Assembly (NCBI GenBank): GCA_017624955.1
Contig: JAGAMA010000042.1
Location: forward strand, 30,318-94,317
Length of the DNA: 64,000 nt
Reading direction: 5' to 3'
Source of the DNA: Alistipes sp.
GTDB lineage: Bacteria; Bacteroidota; Bacteroidia; Bacteroidales; Rikenellaceae
Position 1 is the first letter of the stretch. Every line of letters begins with the position of its first letter. Positions 1 through 8,546 of this stretch are shown piece by piece. A program made the translations under genes and the position numbers. The notes under the pieces were generated by a model. It was not told where the DNA came from and searched no databases. It saw only the letters and a list, made by a program, of their open reading frames with translations.

Positions 1-533
1 CCTCGGCCATCTGCATTCGTTACGTAGATGGTCTGCTGATTGGGAAACGATCCTGCAGCAGGGGCTAAATGGACGTTGTTGTTGACGGGTTGTTTGACCT
101 GGAAGGCTACATATTCCGTATTACCGTACTGCTTACCTTGTTTGTCAGAGATGAAAACATGACAATAATAGGTCTTGCTGTAATCTTTAATATGCACATC
201 TTCGTAGGCGACGAAAAACCAAAAGTCACTCCATACACTACTCTCGTACGGAGGAGTAAAATCGGCCCAAATGGCTACGGTGCCGCTTGTTGTGCACCAA
301 CGTCCGTCGGTATCTTTAACGCCGACCCCTTTCGGTTCGTCAAAATAGACAATGGCACTCATAGGAACATCCTTTAACCCGTCCGTTTGCATGAAAAAGT
401 GAATTTTCATGCCCAACTTTGCGTTGAGGGTAACATCCTTTTCCAACCAAATCTTATTGACCGTCACCGATTGGGCAAAGGCGATGCCTGCGGTTGTGAG
501 GAGCAGGGTGAGTGAAAGTAAAATTCGTTTCAT
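1..533 (-). CDS. hypothetical secreted protein; the C-terminal (3') part runs off the window edge
   Basis: ATG at 533-531 on the reverse strand. My own translation gives MKRILLSLTLLLTTAGIAFAQSVTVNK..., a signal-peptide-like N-terminus. The frame stayed open in the stretch I translated (533 down to about 300). It is absent from the ORF track because there is no stop in the window. Confidence 0.55.
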   Translation of the reverse strand, partial: MKRILLSLTLLLTTAGIAFAQSVTVNKIWLEKDVTLNAKLGMKIHFFMQTDGLKDVPMSAIVYFDEPKGVGVKDTDGRWCTTSGTVAIWADFTPPYESSVWSDFWFFVAYEDVHIKDYSKTYYCHVFISDKQGKQYGNTEYVAFQVKQPVNNNVHLAPAAGSFPNQQTIYVTNADGR

Positions 534-594
534 GGTAGAGTTATTAAAAAAGAGGGAGTAACCGACAAACTGAGGTTGCTCCCTCTTGTCGTGG

Positions 595-2163
595 TTAGTT
601 GAAGAAGATGTAGAGGCCGACCATCACCAGGATCAGGGCGATCCAGAGACCTGCCACCAGCACACCTGTCTTTTGGCGCTCCACCTTGTCGAAGAGCTCC
701 GTGCCCTCCTCCATGGGCGACTTGTCGAACTGCGAAATAAGCATCATCGCAATTACGAGTGCCACCCAGAGGTAGAACGAAAGCATCATGAAGTGGGGCT
801 TGGCAACGCCCTCGGGCCATGCCCAGAGGTAGATCACACCCGTACCGATGCTGAGGAGCGTTCCGAGCGTGAGGGCGAAGTTGGCGGCGCGCTTCGTGGT
901 GCGCTTCCAGAATACACCCAGCACAAAGACGGCAGCCATCGGCGGAGCGATGAAGCTCAGCACCGACTGGAAGACGTTGAAGAGGTTCAGTCCCTTAATC
1001 GAGTCGATGGCCACGCAGATCACCACCGAGAGGATAGCGCCGACCACGGTAACAACGTGTCCCATGCGGATAATCTCCTTGGTCGAGGCCTTGGGGTTGA
1101 ACTTCTTGACGTAGATATCCATCGTGAAGACGGTACTCAGGGCGTTGAGGGCCGAGCCGATCGTGCTCACCAGGGCAGCGGTCAAAACGGCCAATACGAG
1201 ACCCACCATGCCCACGGGGAAGAGGTTCTTGACCATCGTCATATAGGCCTCATCGGGGTTCGCCAACGTGGGGTAGAGGGCGAAGCAGATGATACCCGGC
1301 AGGATGTAGAGGGGCACATCCAAAATCTTCAGCCAACCCGTAAAGTTCGTACCGAGCTGACCTTCGCGGAGGTTCTTGGCAGCCAGGACGGGTTGCACCA
1401 TCGACTGGTCGGTGCACCAGAACCAGATACCCGAAATGGGGTAGCCCAGCACAATCGGCAACCAGGGGAAATCGACATCCGAGTTGGGACGGAACAGCAC
1501 CCAATAGTCGGCCGGTGTGCGGGCCACAAGCTCGTCGATGCCTCCCAATTTGTAGAGTCCGGCCACGACGATCGTACCCGACACGAAGATCAGGAGCAGC
1601 ATCTGATAGACATTGGTATAGGCTACCGCCTTCAGACCACCGAGCATCGTGAAGAAGGCCGAGATGGCCAGCAGAATCAGGGCCGACTGCCACATCGGGA
1701 TATCGAAGACCTGGCGAATCAGCACGCCGCCTGCGAAGAGCGTCAGGGCCAACCACGAGATCAGGATCGTGATCATCGTGTACCAAGCCAGGATGTTGCG
1801 GGTCGATTGACCGAAGCGCTTACCCATGAACTCGGGCAGGGTCGAAACCTTCGAGCCGAGGTAGCGGGGCGCAAAGACGAAGGCCAACATGCAGATAAAG
1901 ATGAAGGCGTACCAGGCGAAGTTACCCGATACGATACCGGTTGTGAAACCGGCCGATGCCGAGGCAATCAGCATCGAGGGGCCGACGTTGGTGCCCCACA
2001 TCGAGAAGCCGATGTGGTACCACCGCAGCGAGTTCTCGGCCAGGAAGAGCGAGCTGCCCTTCTTACGTTGGGTGCTGGCCCAGATGCCGATTGCAAGCAG
2101 AATGACGAAGTATCCGATCAGGATACCCCAGTCAAGCCCTTGCAGGTAGGATGCGTTAATCAT
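595..2163 (-). CDS. sodium:solute symporter (SSF/SGLT-like sugar transporter)
   Basis: 522 aa polytopic membrane protein. The N-terminus GILIGYFVILLAIGIWAS...SLFLAENSL.WY and the overall pattern are typical of the SSF family. Confidence 0.88.
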   Translation of the reverse strand: MINASYLQGLDWGILIGYFVILLAIGIWASTQRKKGSSLFLAENSLRWYHIGFSMWGTNVGPSMLIASASAGFTTGIVSGNFAWYAFIFICMLAFVFAPRYLGSKVSTLPEFMGKRFGQSTRNILAWYTMITILISWLALTLFAGGVLIRQVFDIPMWQSALILLAISAFFTMLGGLKAVAYTNVYQMLLLIFVSGTIVVAGLYKLGGIDELVARTPADYWVLFRPNSDVDFPWLPIVLGYPISGIWFWCTDQSMVQPVLAAKNLREGQLGTNFTGWLKILDVPLYILPGIICFALYPTLANPDEAYMTMVKNLFPVGMVGLVLAVLTAALVSTIGSALNALSTVFTMDIYVKKFNPKASTKEIIRMGHVVTVVGAILSVVICVAIDSIKGLNLFNVFQSVLSFIAPPMAAVFVLGVFWKRTTKRAANFALTLGTLLSIGTGVIYLWAWPEGVAKPHFMMLSFYLWVALVIAMMLISQFDKSPMEEGTELFDKVERQKTGVLVAGLWIALILVMVGLYIFFN

Positions 2164-2202
2164 GGTTAGTTGGTTTTAGATGGTTGTTTGTTGTTGGTTC
2201 GG

Positions 2203-3267
2203 TTAGCGGTAGCGATCGACAATCTTCAGTGCCTCGTCAATCTCTCGTTCGTTTTTGAAGTCCATCGAGAGCAACATGCCTTCGGCACCCACGTTGTCCA
2301 AGAGGGGCTCCAACTCATCGAGCGTTACCCAGTTGGCCTCCACGGATTTGCCTCCCGCCTTGATGCGGCGGTAGAGGTCGTACCATTTGGGATCACCGCC
2401 CTGCGGCTCACCCACACCGGGGGTCCACTGGATGGCGTTCAGCTCCTCAATCTCCAGAAGGGCATCGAGGTGGCGGATGGCGCCCACACCGTCGAGGTGG
2501 TAGAGCGTGTAATCCAATTTTTGGCACTGCTCACGGATGAAGGGCTGCACGAAGCGGCGATAGTCCTCCTCCGAGATCATGATCGAAATGTCGCTCTGGA
2601 GCTTGCTCACGCGGCCCGGGCCCCAAATCGAGAAGTAGCAGAAGGCCATGCCGTCATCCTCGCGGATGATGTCGTAGAGCTCGTCATAGACCTTGAAGTA
2701 GATCTCATTGACCTGCTTTAACTGATGCTCCAACAGGTCGGGGTCGATCATCGTGTCGAGCAGCACGTTGTCCGTGCCACGAATCGCAGCCAGCACATCG
2801 AGACCCTCCATCAGGTCGGGCATGCCGACATAGTAGTTGCCTTGTGCCAACTTCTTCGAGGCCTTCAACAGCTCCTTGTGGAGCTTCCAAGCGGGGTTTT
2901 CGGGATCGAAAACGATATCCTGACCCACCGCATCGGCGGGGTGAATCCAGATCGTATCGGCACCACCCTCCAGCTTACCGCCCAAGATGGCGGCCAGCGA
3001 GCCGGGGCCTAACTGGGTGTTGGCGACGGGGATAATATCGGCCTTGAGCGACGAGTGAGCCACATAGTGGTTCAGCTCCTCGGCACGCCATGCGGGGTCG
3101 AACCAGCGTTGGCTCATATCCTTCGGTGCTGCGGGGGCGGCCACCTCGGCGTGGGGCGTAACCCCCTCCTGCAGGTGCTCCCACATCGTCAGTACACAAC
3201 CCTTATGCTGCCACCAGGCGAGGTAGTTCTGCTTCGATTGCTCCCAATTTTTCTTCCAAGTATTCAT
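2203..3267 (-). CDS. cytoplasmic protein of unknown function; possible URO-D/MtaA-like TIM-barrel fold lacking the Zn ligands (uncertain)
   Basis: 354 aa with no signal peptide. It sits 8 nt downstream of GH31 in the same operon. The C-terminal region LYHLDGVGAIRHLDALLEIEELNAIQWTPG loosely parallels ILHNCGNMGQCTHAMVECGARALHFG of the MtaA-like protein at 9330-10325. The coding call is solid; the fold assignment is by eye only. Confidence 0.8.
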   Translation of the reverse strand: MNTWKKNWEQSKQNYLAWWQHKGCVLTMWEHLQEGVTPHAEVAAPAAPKDMSQRWFDPAWRAEELNHYVAHSSLKADIIPVANTQLGPGSLAAILGGKLEGGADTIWIHPADAVGQDIVFDPENPAWKLHKELLKASKKLAQGNYYVGMPDLMEGLDVLAAIRGTDNVLLDTMIDPDLLEHQLKQVNEIYFKVYDELYDIIREDDGMAFCYFSIWGPGRVSKLQSDISIMISEEDYRRFVQPFIREQCQKLDYTLYHLDGVGAIRHLDALLEIEELNAIQWTPGVGEPQGGDPKWYDLYRRIKAGGKSVEANWVTLDELEPLLDNVGAEGMLLSMDFKNEREIDEALKIVDRYR

Positions 3268-3274
3268 CGTTGCG

Positions 3275-5530
3275 TTAGAATTTCAGTCCGTTAAATGTTG
3301 CGTCAATTACAAGTTTTTCGGCCTTCGTGAGGTCCATCTGGTCGGTATGCTGCGGATCAACATCGGGGTAGAGACTGATCTCGGCACCCTCCTTGACGTA
3401 GAGCGGCATGCGCTCCAGGGGGCACTCCACACCCTTGAGCCAACGGCCACCCTCGAAGCGTTCGCCCGTGAAGAAATCAACCCAGCGGCCCTCAGGGAGA
3501 TAAACATCGCGCTTATCCTCGCTGTTCATCACGGGGGCCACGAGGAACTCCGAGCCGAAGTAGTACTCGTCGTCGATGTGCCATACCTGGCGGTCGTCGG
3601 GGTGGTGCATCAGAAGGGCACGCACCATCGGATAACCCGTCTCGGTCGAGCGGCGGGCCTCCTCCACGATGTAGGGCATCAGGCGGTAGCGCAGCTTCCA
3701 CCAACGCTTCACGAGCGGAGCGATCGCAGGGTAGTGCCACGGCTCACGCTTGAACGACCCGTGGTAGCGCATGTGCGAGGTGAAGACACCGAACTGCGTC
3801 CAGCGCATGTAGACCTTCTCGTCGAGGGGCGAGTTCATGAAGTTGGGCAGCGAGTGGAAGCCCGGCACATCGTGGCTCCAGAAGCCGAAGCCCGAAAGAC
3901 CGAAGTGCAGACCACCCTTCACCGAACCGGCCATGCCGTCCCAGGTCGAGGCCGAGTCACCGCCCCAATGCAGGGGGTAGCGTTGACAGCCTGCCCAGGC
4001 CGAGCGGGCCCAGACGATGCCGTCGCCCGTCACCTCCTTCGTAATCTCGTAGGCGGCCTTCTGATAGAGCAGGGCGTAGAGGTTGTTCAGCTCCTCGGGG
4101 CTCATGGCGTAGTAGTCGGCATCCATGTGGATATTCTCGCCAAAGTCGGTCTTGATGCAGACCACACCCATATCCAACAGCTCCTTCAGGAGTCCCTTGT
4201 ACCAGGCCGTAGCCTTCGGGTAGGTGAAGTCGATCGTGCCGGCATAATCCAGGGTCGAGAAGTTCGAGCCCTCGGCACGCTCCTGCTCCTTCGTCAGGGG
4301 TGCAATGTAGCGGTTCTCCTTCGCCTCGGTGATCTGCTCGGCACCCTCGGCGACATAGGGAAGCTGCCAGAGCGATACGCGGTAGCCATCCTCCTTCAAT
4401 CCCTTGAGGAAGCCCACGGGGTCGGGGAAACGCTCGGGGTTGAACTTCCACTCGCAGAGCCAATCGGTGCGGAACCAACCCGTGTCGAGGTGGATCACAT
4501 CGCAGGGGTACTTCTCACGGCGCAGGCGGTCGCAAATCTCCTGCACCTCGTCGGCCGAGAAGTAGGTCATGCGGCTCATCCAGATACCGAAGCTCCAGAG
4601 CGGGGGCAGCGACGGGAAGCCCGTCAGCGTGCGGTAGTTGTAGAGGATGCGCTCGGGCGACGAACCACCGATGAGGTAGGCATCCACCACGGGGGCTTCG
4701 TTGAGGAACTGCACCGAGCGGGTCGAGTGGTCGGCCAACGAGAGCTTGCAGTAGCGGCTCGTGTGGTAGAAGACACCATACAGGCGGCTCGAGAGGTAGA
4801 AGGGGATATTCTTGTAGGCACGGCGGTTGTTCACGCCCTGACCATCCTGGTTCTTGAGGTAGAAGGTGTGACCCGAGAGGTCCATCTTCGTAAAGCGCTC
4901 TCCCGTACCGGCAAAGCACTCGTCGTGCTTACACTCGAACGAGAGGGTGGCGCGATCCACCTTGCCCTCCGTCTCGCAGTAGGCCAGCGGCAGGGCATCG
5001 TAGCGCGGGGGCGAGAAGTGGTCGTAGGCCGAGAGGCGCACGGGCTTCTCCTTCACACCGTCGGGGTAGATCGTAAGGTCGATCGTGGGCTGCGGAGCAG
5101 GTTGCAGGTCGCTCCAGAAGTCGATCACGGCCTCCTTCAGGTTCAGCTCGCCACGGAGCTTTCCGTTTGCATCGTGGAACTGCCACACATCGTCGGCCAA
5201 GGTGGCCGTGAGGGGCAGCTTTTTGACCGAGGGGGCATACGCGAGCATCTCGCTTTCGTCACTCGGCGCTTGGCCTTCGGTCGAGAGGAAGAGGCGCACG
5301 ATCTCCTCGCCATAGGCGCGCAGGATGAGCGTGTGGCTGACCTGCTCACACTGCGTGTCGGCTGCCATGTCGGCCGCCTTGAGCTGCTTCTGGAAGGGCA
5401 CCGTGATATGGATGTCGCCCTCGACGGCCTCGACCGAGGTGGGCTTGTAGGCTTTCCAAAGGGCCTCGTCACGCTGTAGGTCGGTGTCGAAGTCCAGGAA
5501 ATCAAAAAGGTGGTAATTGGTCTGTTTCAC
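3275..5530 (-). CDS. glycoside hydrolase family 31 (alpha-xylosidase/alpha-glucosidase, YicI-like), cytoplasmic
   Basis: 751 aa with no signal peptide. GH31 signature regions are present: IHLDTGWF, VCIKTDFGE (nucleophile region) and HWGGDSASTWDG. Confidence 0.9.
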   Translation of the reverse strand: MKQTNYHLFDFLDFDTDLQRDEALWKAYKPTSVEAVEGDIHITVPFQKQLKAADMAADTQCEQVSHTLILRAYGEEIVRLFLSTEGQAPSDESEMLAYAPSVKKLPLTATLADDVWQFHDANGKLRGELNLKEAVIDFWSDLQPAPQPTIDLTIYPDGVKEKPVRLSAYDHFSPPRYDALPLAYCETEGKVDRATLSFECKHDECFAGTGERFTKMDLSGHTFYLKNQDGQGVNNRRAYKNIPFYLSSRLYGVFYHTSRYCKLSLADHSTRSVQFLNEAPVVDAYLIGGSSPERILYNYRTLTGFPSLPPLWSFGIWMSRMTYFSADEVQEICDRLRREKYPCDVIHLDTGWFRTDWLCEWKFNPERFPDPVGFLKGLKEDGYRVSLWQLPYVAEGAEQITEAKENRYIAPLTKEQERAEGSNFSTLDYAGTIDFTYPKATAWYKGLLKELLDMGVVCIKTDFGENIHMDADYYAMSPEELNNLYALLYQKAAYEITKEVTGDGIVWARSAWAGCQRYPLHWGGDSASTWDGMAGSVKGGLHFGLSGFGFWSHDVPGFHSLPNFMNSPLDEKVYMRWTQFGVFTSHMRYHGSFKREPWHYPAIAPLVKRWWKLRYRLMPYIVEEARRSTETGYPMVRALLMHHPDDRQVWHIDDEYYFGSEFLVAPVMNSEDKRDVYLPEGRWVDFFTGERFEGGRWLKGVECPLERMPLYVKEGAEISLYPDVDPQHTDQMDLTKAEKLVIDATFNGLKF

Positions 5531-5561
5531 AGTTATTTGGGTTTAGTTATTTGGCTTATGC

Positions 5562-7385
5562 TTAATATTTTACATCGGGCAGCGCCAACGCGCGGCGATT
5601 CATCTGCGGCGAGTTCTCGCCCTCGAAGCGAATCTTCGGGCCCGGGTTGTTGAAGCCGAACGAATCCTTCACCTCGCACCAGTTGTTGCGGATCGTGTAG
5701 CCGTCCGTCGCCGCATCGAGGTAGATGCAGAAGGCGCGGTGGTTCGTGGCGTAGGGCGCTTCGGTGGGGGCGTAGATGATGTTATTTTCGATGAGCGAGT
5801 TGGGCTGATTCGAGAGGGTGTAGATGCCTCCCGTGTCGTAGAGCTGACGGGCATAGTTGCGCACCGTGTTGTGGGTGATGCGGTTGCGCTGCATGCCGGT
5901 CTTGTGCTTCGTCCAGCCCCAGCCTACGGCAATGGCCGAGTAATTGACCCCATCGACTAAGTTGCGCGTGATCGTCACGTCGTGCACATAGCCGCAGCCG
6001 ATGCCGACTGCGCCCCAATCCTCGCGCGTGCAGTTCGTGATGCGGTTATCGGCAAGCGTAAGGTAGGAGCAGAAGCCCTCCTTGGAGCCGATTGCGTTGT
6101 AGGGGATATGCACCTCGGTCGGGCCCTCGCCAAACGAACCGGCCAGGAGTGCCGTGCCGCCGATGTTGCGGAAGGTGCAGGCGGTGACGGCCGAGTGGTG
6201 GACATTCGTAGCCAAATCCAATCCCGTCGAGCCGAGGGCGACAAACGAGCACCCGTCGAAGGCGATGTGGCGGGCATTGACGACCGATACGGCCGCCTCG
6301 GGACGGAGGAGCCATGCCTGATTTTCGAGGTTCTCATCCCACGCAAAGCCCGGCTTGTCGTAGAGCTTGTAGCCGTCGATAAAGGGGAATCCGCCCTGCA
6401 GGGTCACATGCCCCGCCTCCGAGGGGCGATTCCAGGCCGTGTCGGCAAAGGTGATGCCGCGGAAAGTGATGTACTCCACCGACTTTTTCGGTGCGCCCTC
6501 GATCGTCATGAGGCGCTCCAGGTGGGGGATATAGACCGTCGTTTTGTTCGGGTCGATCGCAGGGTCTTTGGCGAAGAGGTAGATTTTGCCCGTAGCCCCC
6601 TCCTGCCACCACTCGTAGTTCTCGTTGAGCAGCTCGCGCGCGTTCATGAGCATATAGGAGGAGTTGCCCCGCTCCTCGCCAATGACGGGCTGCGGCCAGG
6701 GGTGCTCAAACTCCAGGTGGCTCTCGGGTTCGAGGAACGACACTACGGCCTTCTCGCCCTCGTAGCGCATCTCCTTGACACGCAGGATGGCCGTGGCCCA
6801 ACGCTGATGTACCATCATCTCCAACCCCTCGGCTTTCTCCAGTCCCTTGATCGTGGGCTTGGGAATGGTGATGGTGCGGTTTTGCGTATCGAAGGCGATG
6901 ATGCGCTGCATCTTCCCCTCGCCAAACTCATTGGCGCGGAAGAGCTTGCCGCCAAAGCCCCAGAGCTGGCGCGTGAGGATCGGACGACCGTGCTGTTTCG
7001 GGGCATCGGTCACCCAGCAGTTGCCCTCCTTCGTCCAATTTTTCAGGGGCATGCTGCCGACGATAAAGACCTTGCCTTCAGCACCTTCGTCGGCCATGAG
7101 TGTCGTGGGCGAAAGCGCCGTGCCGCTATCCTCGGGACGGAGGTAGATCGTGCGATCGAGCGTGTAACGCCCCGCCGCGAAGCGAATCTCGATGCCGCCT
7201 GCGGTGCGCTCATCAGCTGTGCGTCGCCACTCGCGTGCCATCTTCAGGGCGGCATGGGGCGTGCGTAGGGGGGCGTTTTTCGTACCCTCGGCACGGTCAT
7301 CGCCCGTGGGCGAAACATGGATCGTACCCGCCAGGAGCAGGGTCGGCATACAAAGGCCTGCAAGGAGCATCAGGAATCGTTTCAT
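5562..7385 (-). CDS. secreted right-handed parallel beta-helix protein (probable glycosidase or lyase; family not assignable by eye)
   Basis: 607 aa. Signal peptide MKRFLMLLAGLCMPTLLLAG. The N-terminal IHVSPTGDD...G....PL motif and repeated N/G-rich turns (e.g. ITNCT, ITRNLVDG, ITHNTVRN, IENNIIY) are typical of beta-helix repeats. Confidence 0.8.
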   Translation of the reverse strand: MKRFLMLLAGLCMPTLLLAGTIHVSPTGDDRAEGTKNAPLRTPHAALKMAREWRRTADERTAGGIEIRFAAGRYTLDRTIYLRPEDSGTALSPTTLMADEGAEGKVFIVGSMPLKNWTKEGNCWVTDAPKQHGRPILTRQLWGFGGKLFRANEFGEGKMQRIIAFDTQNRTITIPKPTIKGLEKAEGLEMMVHQRWATAILRVKEMRYEGEKAVVSFLEPESHLEFEHPWPQPVIGEERGNSSYMLMNARELLNENYEWWQEGATGKIYLFAKDPAIDPNKTTVYIPHLERLMTIEGAPKKSVEYITFRGITFADTAWNRPSEAGHVTLQGGFPFIDGYKLYDKPGFAWDENLENQAWLLRPEAAVSVVNARHIAFDGCSFVALGSTGLDLATNVHHSAVTACTFRNIGGTALLAGSFGEGPTEVHIPYNAIGSKEGFCSYLTLADNRITNCTREDWGAVGIGCGYVHDVTITRNLVDGVNYSAIAVGWGWTKHKTGMQRNRITHNTVRNYARQLYDTGGIYTLSNQPNSLIENNIIYAPTEAPYATNHRAFCIYLDAATDGYTIRNNWCEVKDSFGFNNPGPKIRFEGENSPQMNRRALALPDVKY

Positions 7386-7408
7386 AGGAAAGTGTTTGAT
7401 AAATCAAA

Positions 7409-7416
7409 CAAAGATA
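7409..7416 (-). promoter_or_regulatory. Bacteroidota -7 box (TATCTTTG) for the beta-helix/GH31 operon
   Basis: Exact TAnnTTTG match 24 nt upstream of ATG 7385, preceded by an AT-rich TTAA-repeat tract. Confidence 0.5.
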
Positions 7417-7420
7417 CGAA

Positions 7421-7460
7421 AATGAATTAAGAATTAAAAATTAAAATTAAGAATTAAAGG
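7421..7460 (-). repeat. AT-rich TTAA-repeat tract (reverse orientation), part of the promoter cassette
   Basis: aatgaattaagaattaaaaattaaaattaagaattaaagg is the reverse complement of the ttaatttttaattcttaatt-type tracts at 8547-8584, 12210-12248 and 26241-26274. Confidence 0.8.
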
Positions 7461-7550
7461 GAGCTAAGGGGGACTAAAGAAAATTAAGGGGGGGGCTAAC
7501 GCACCCCCCCCCTCCTTAGCAACCTTTAGCAACCTTTAGCAACCTTTAAT
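7455..7550. repeat. imperfect long hairpin built from CTAAAGG-type units around a G8/C9 core
   Basis: The left arm carries gctaaggg, actaaag and attaagg. The centre is G8-ctaacgca-C9. The right arm carries ccttagc and three copies of cctttagc. Related tracts lie at 11963-11992 and 46318-46366. Confidence 0.75.
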
Positions 7551-7586
7551 CCACAACCGCCCACAGTACCACCAACCGTCCACTAC

Positions 7587-7674
7587 CTTCCCACCCTCTC
7601 TCTCTTCTCCTGTCACAAGTGTCACAGGTGTCACAGGTGTCACAAGTGTCACGCCCTGTGACACTGTGACACTG
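7587..7674. repeat. polypyrimidine + (GTCAC)n-GCCC-(GTGAC)n module, left copy of an inverted pair
   Basis: A 28-nt exact match (ctcctgtcacaagtgtcacaggtgtcac) to the reverse complement of 8177-8268. It is itself a hairpin centred on gccc. Confidence 0.85.
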
Positions 7675-8045
7675 CGGCACGAGCAGAAAGTACAACCATT
7701 GAACTTTTGCATGCCTTACGGCTCACACCCACGATCGGTCGTGGGCAAGCACTGCTGCCTGGTCGCATCGTGCTGCATGTGCTTATATAAGAACTAATAT
7801 ATATAAATATTATTTATAATTATTAGGTGTGTATAGGCTTCGCTATCGACTCACCCTATTAGACTTACGGCAAGCACGGTTGCCTTGGGTAACTACGCGA
7901 CAAGTCGGTGTCGTAGTGCGTAGGCTGTCGTGTTGTGCCGTATGTAGTGTGTAGGGTAGCGTGTTGTGTGGTGGGTGAAACCACGGCCACGCTATCGTAC
8001 AATTATTGAACCTGCTTGTGGAGCGGTTTGGGTAGCTCCGAGGGA

Positions 8046-8110
8046 GTAACCAAGTAACATAGTAACATTGTAACAGGGGGTGTACCCGTGTTACTGTGTT
8101 ACGATGTTAC
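8046..8110. repeat. hairpin built from GTAACA units
   Basis: gtaaccaagtaacatagtaacattgtaaca - gggggtgtacccg - tgttactgtgttacgatgttac. Confidence 0.75.
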
Positions 8111-8176
8111 GAAAGAGGACTGGGCCCACTGGGGCTACTGAGGCCACTGGGCCAACTGAATAATTCTTAATTCCAG

Positions 8177-8268
8177 GGTGTCACACTGTCACACTGTCAC
8201 AGGGCGTGACACCTGTGACACTTGTGACAGGAGAGGAAAGAGGAGAGAGCGAAGAGAAAAGAAAAGAG
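8177..8268. repeat. (GTCAC)n-GGGC-(GTGAC)n + polypurine module, right (inverted) copy
   Basis: Its reverse complement aligns with 7587-7674. Two 9-nt units present in the left copy are missing here. Confidence 0.85.
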
Positions 8269-8325
8269 TTGAACGTTATGAGCAACGACCTCATTAGCAC
8301 CACCAGCGGAGCTGTAGCGACTAAG

Positions 8326-8363
8326 CCTCCCTTATCAAAGGGAGGTTTGGAGGGATTGTCTAT
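8326..8363 (+). repeat. S2 module, short form
   Basis: cctcccttatcaaagggaggtttggagggattgtctat. It has the same ends as the long form at 25917-26031 but lacks the ~80-nt interior. Confidence 0.8.
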
Positions 8364-8406
8364 ATCTCTTTCTTAAATAATTACTAATTACGCATACTTC
8401 TCGTCT

Positions 8407-8519
8407 CAGCCTTTTGAGGCCACCGCAGGTGGCTTTGAAAACGAGTAGCCACCGCCAAGCTCGCTTGGAGGGTGGCTGCACGTTTACAAAACAATTGCCC
8501 ATAGGCAACCAAAAGGCTG
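8407..8519 (+). repeat. S1 four-helix structured module, copy 1
   Basis: The closing stem cagcctttt/aaaaggctg encloses three hairpins. It is homologous to 26077-26194, with the structure conserved despite sequence divergence. Confidence 0.8.
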
Positions 8520-8546
8520 CAAAGGCCAAACGCCACGCCCACCCCA

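Noticed and set aside
69-377. 102-aa plus-strand ORF at the window start.
   Set aside because: The reverse strand carries an ORF, open as far as I translated it, with a good signal peptide starting at 533. The plus-strand ORF is its shadow.
586-2169. 527-aa plus-strand ORF antisense to the SSF transporter. Similar long antisense ORFs include 3347-5479, 8601-9629, 13691-14755, 14895-15923, 16662-18356, 18486-19559, 19590-20852, 20937-22247, 33575-34849, 35030-36118, 39999-41513, 42425-44188, 48071-49753, 49708-51489 and 61969-63009.
   Set aside because: Their translations are low-complexity and rich in R/G/H/D/E/L/V, with no recognisable motifs. The opposite strand in every case encodes a protein with clear family signatures. 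These are typical shadow frames of GC-rich coding DNA.
8100-8160. Cobalamin riboswitch upstream of the corrinoid operon. GCCACTG, the B12-box core, occurs at about 8142 and again at about 12014.
   Set aside because: The heptamer is simply part of the GGCCACTGGGCC tandem units. The other conserved riboswitch segments (GGGAA, GGTG..AA..CC, CCCGC context) are absent, and the site lies upstream of the predicted promoter.
8232-8250. GAGGAAAG, resembling the start of the RNase P RNA P4 region.
   Set aside because: It is followed by a polypurine repeat rather than GTCCGGGC, and no other RNase P helices are present.
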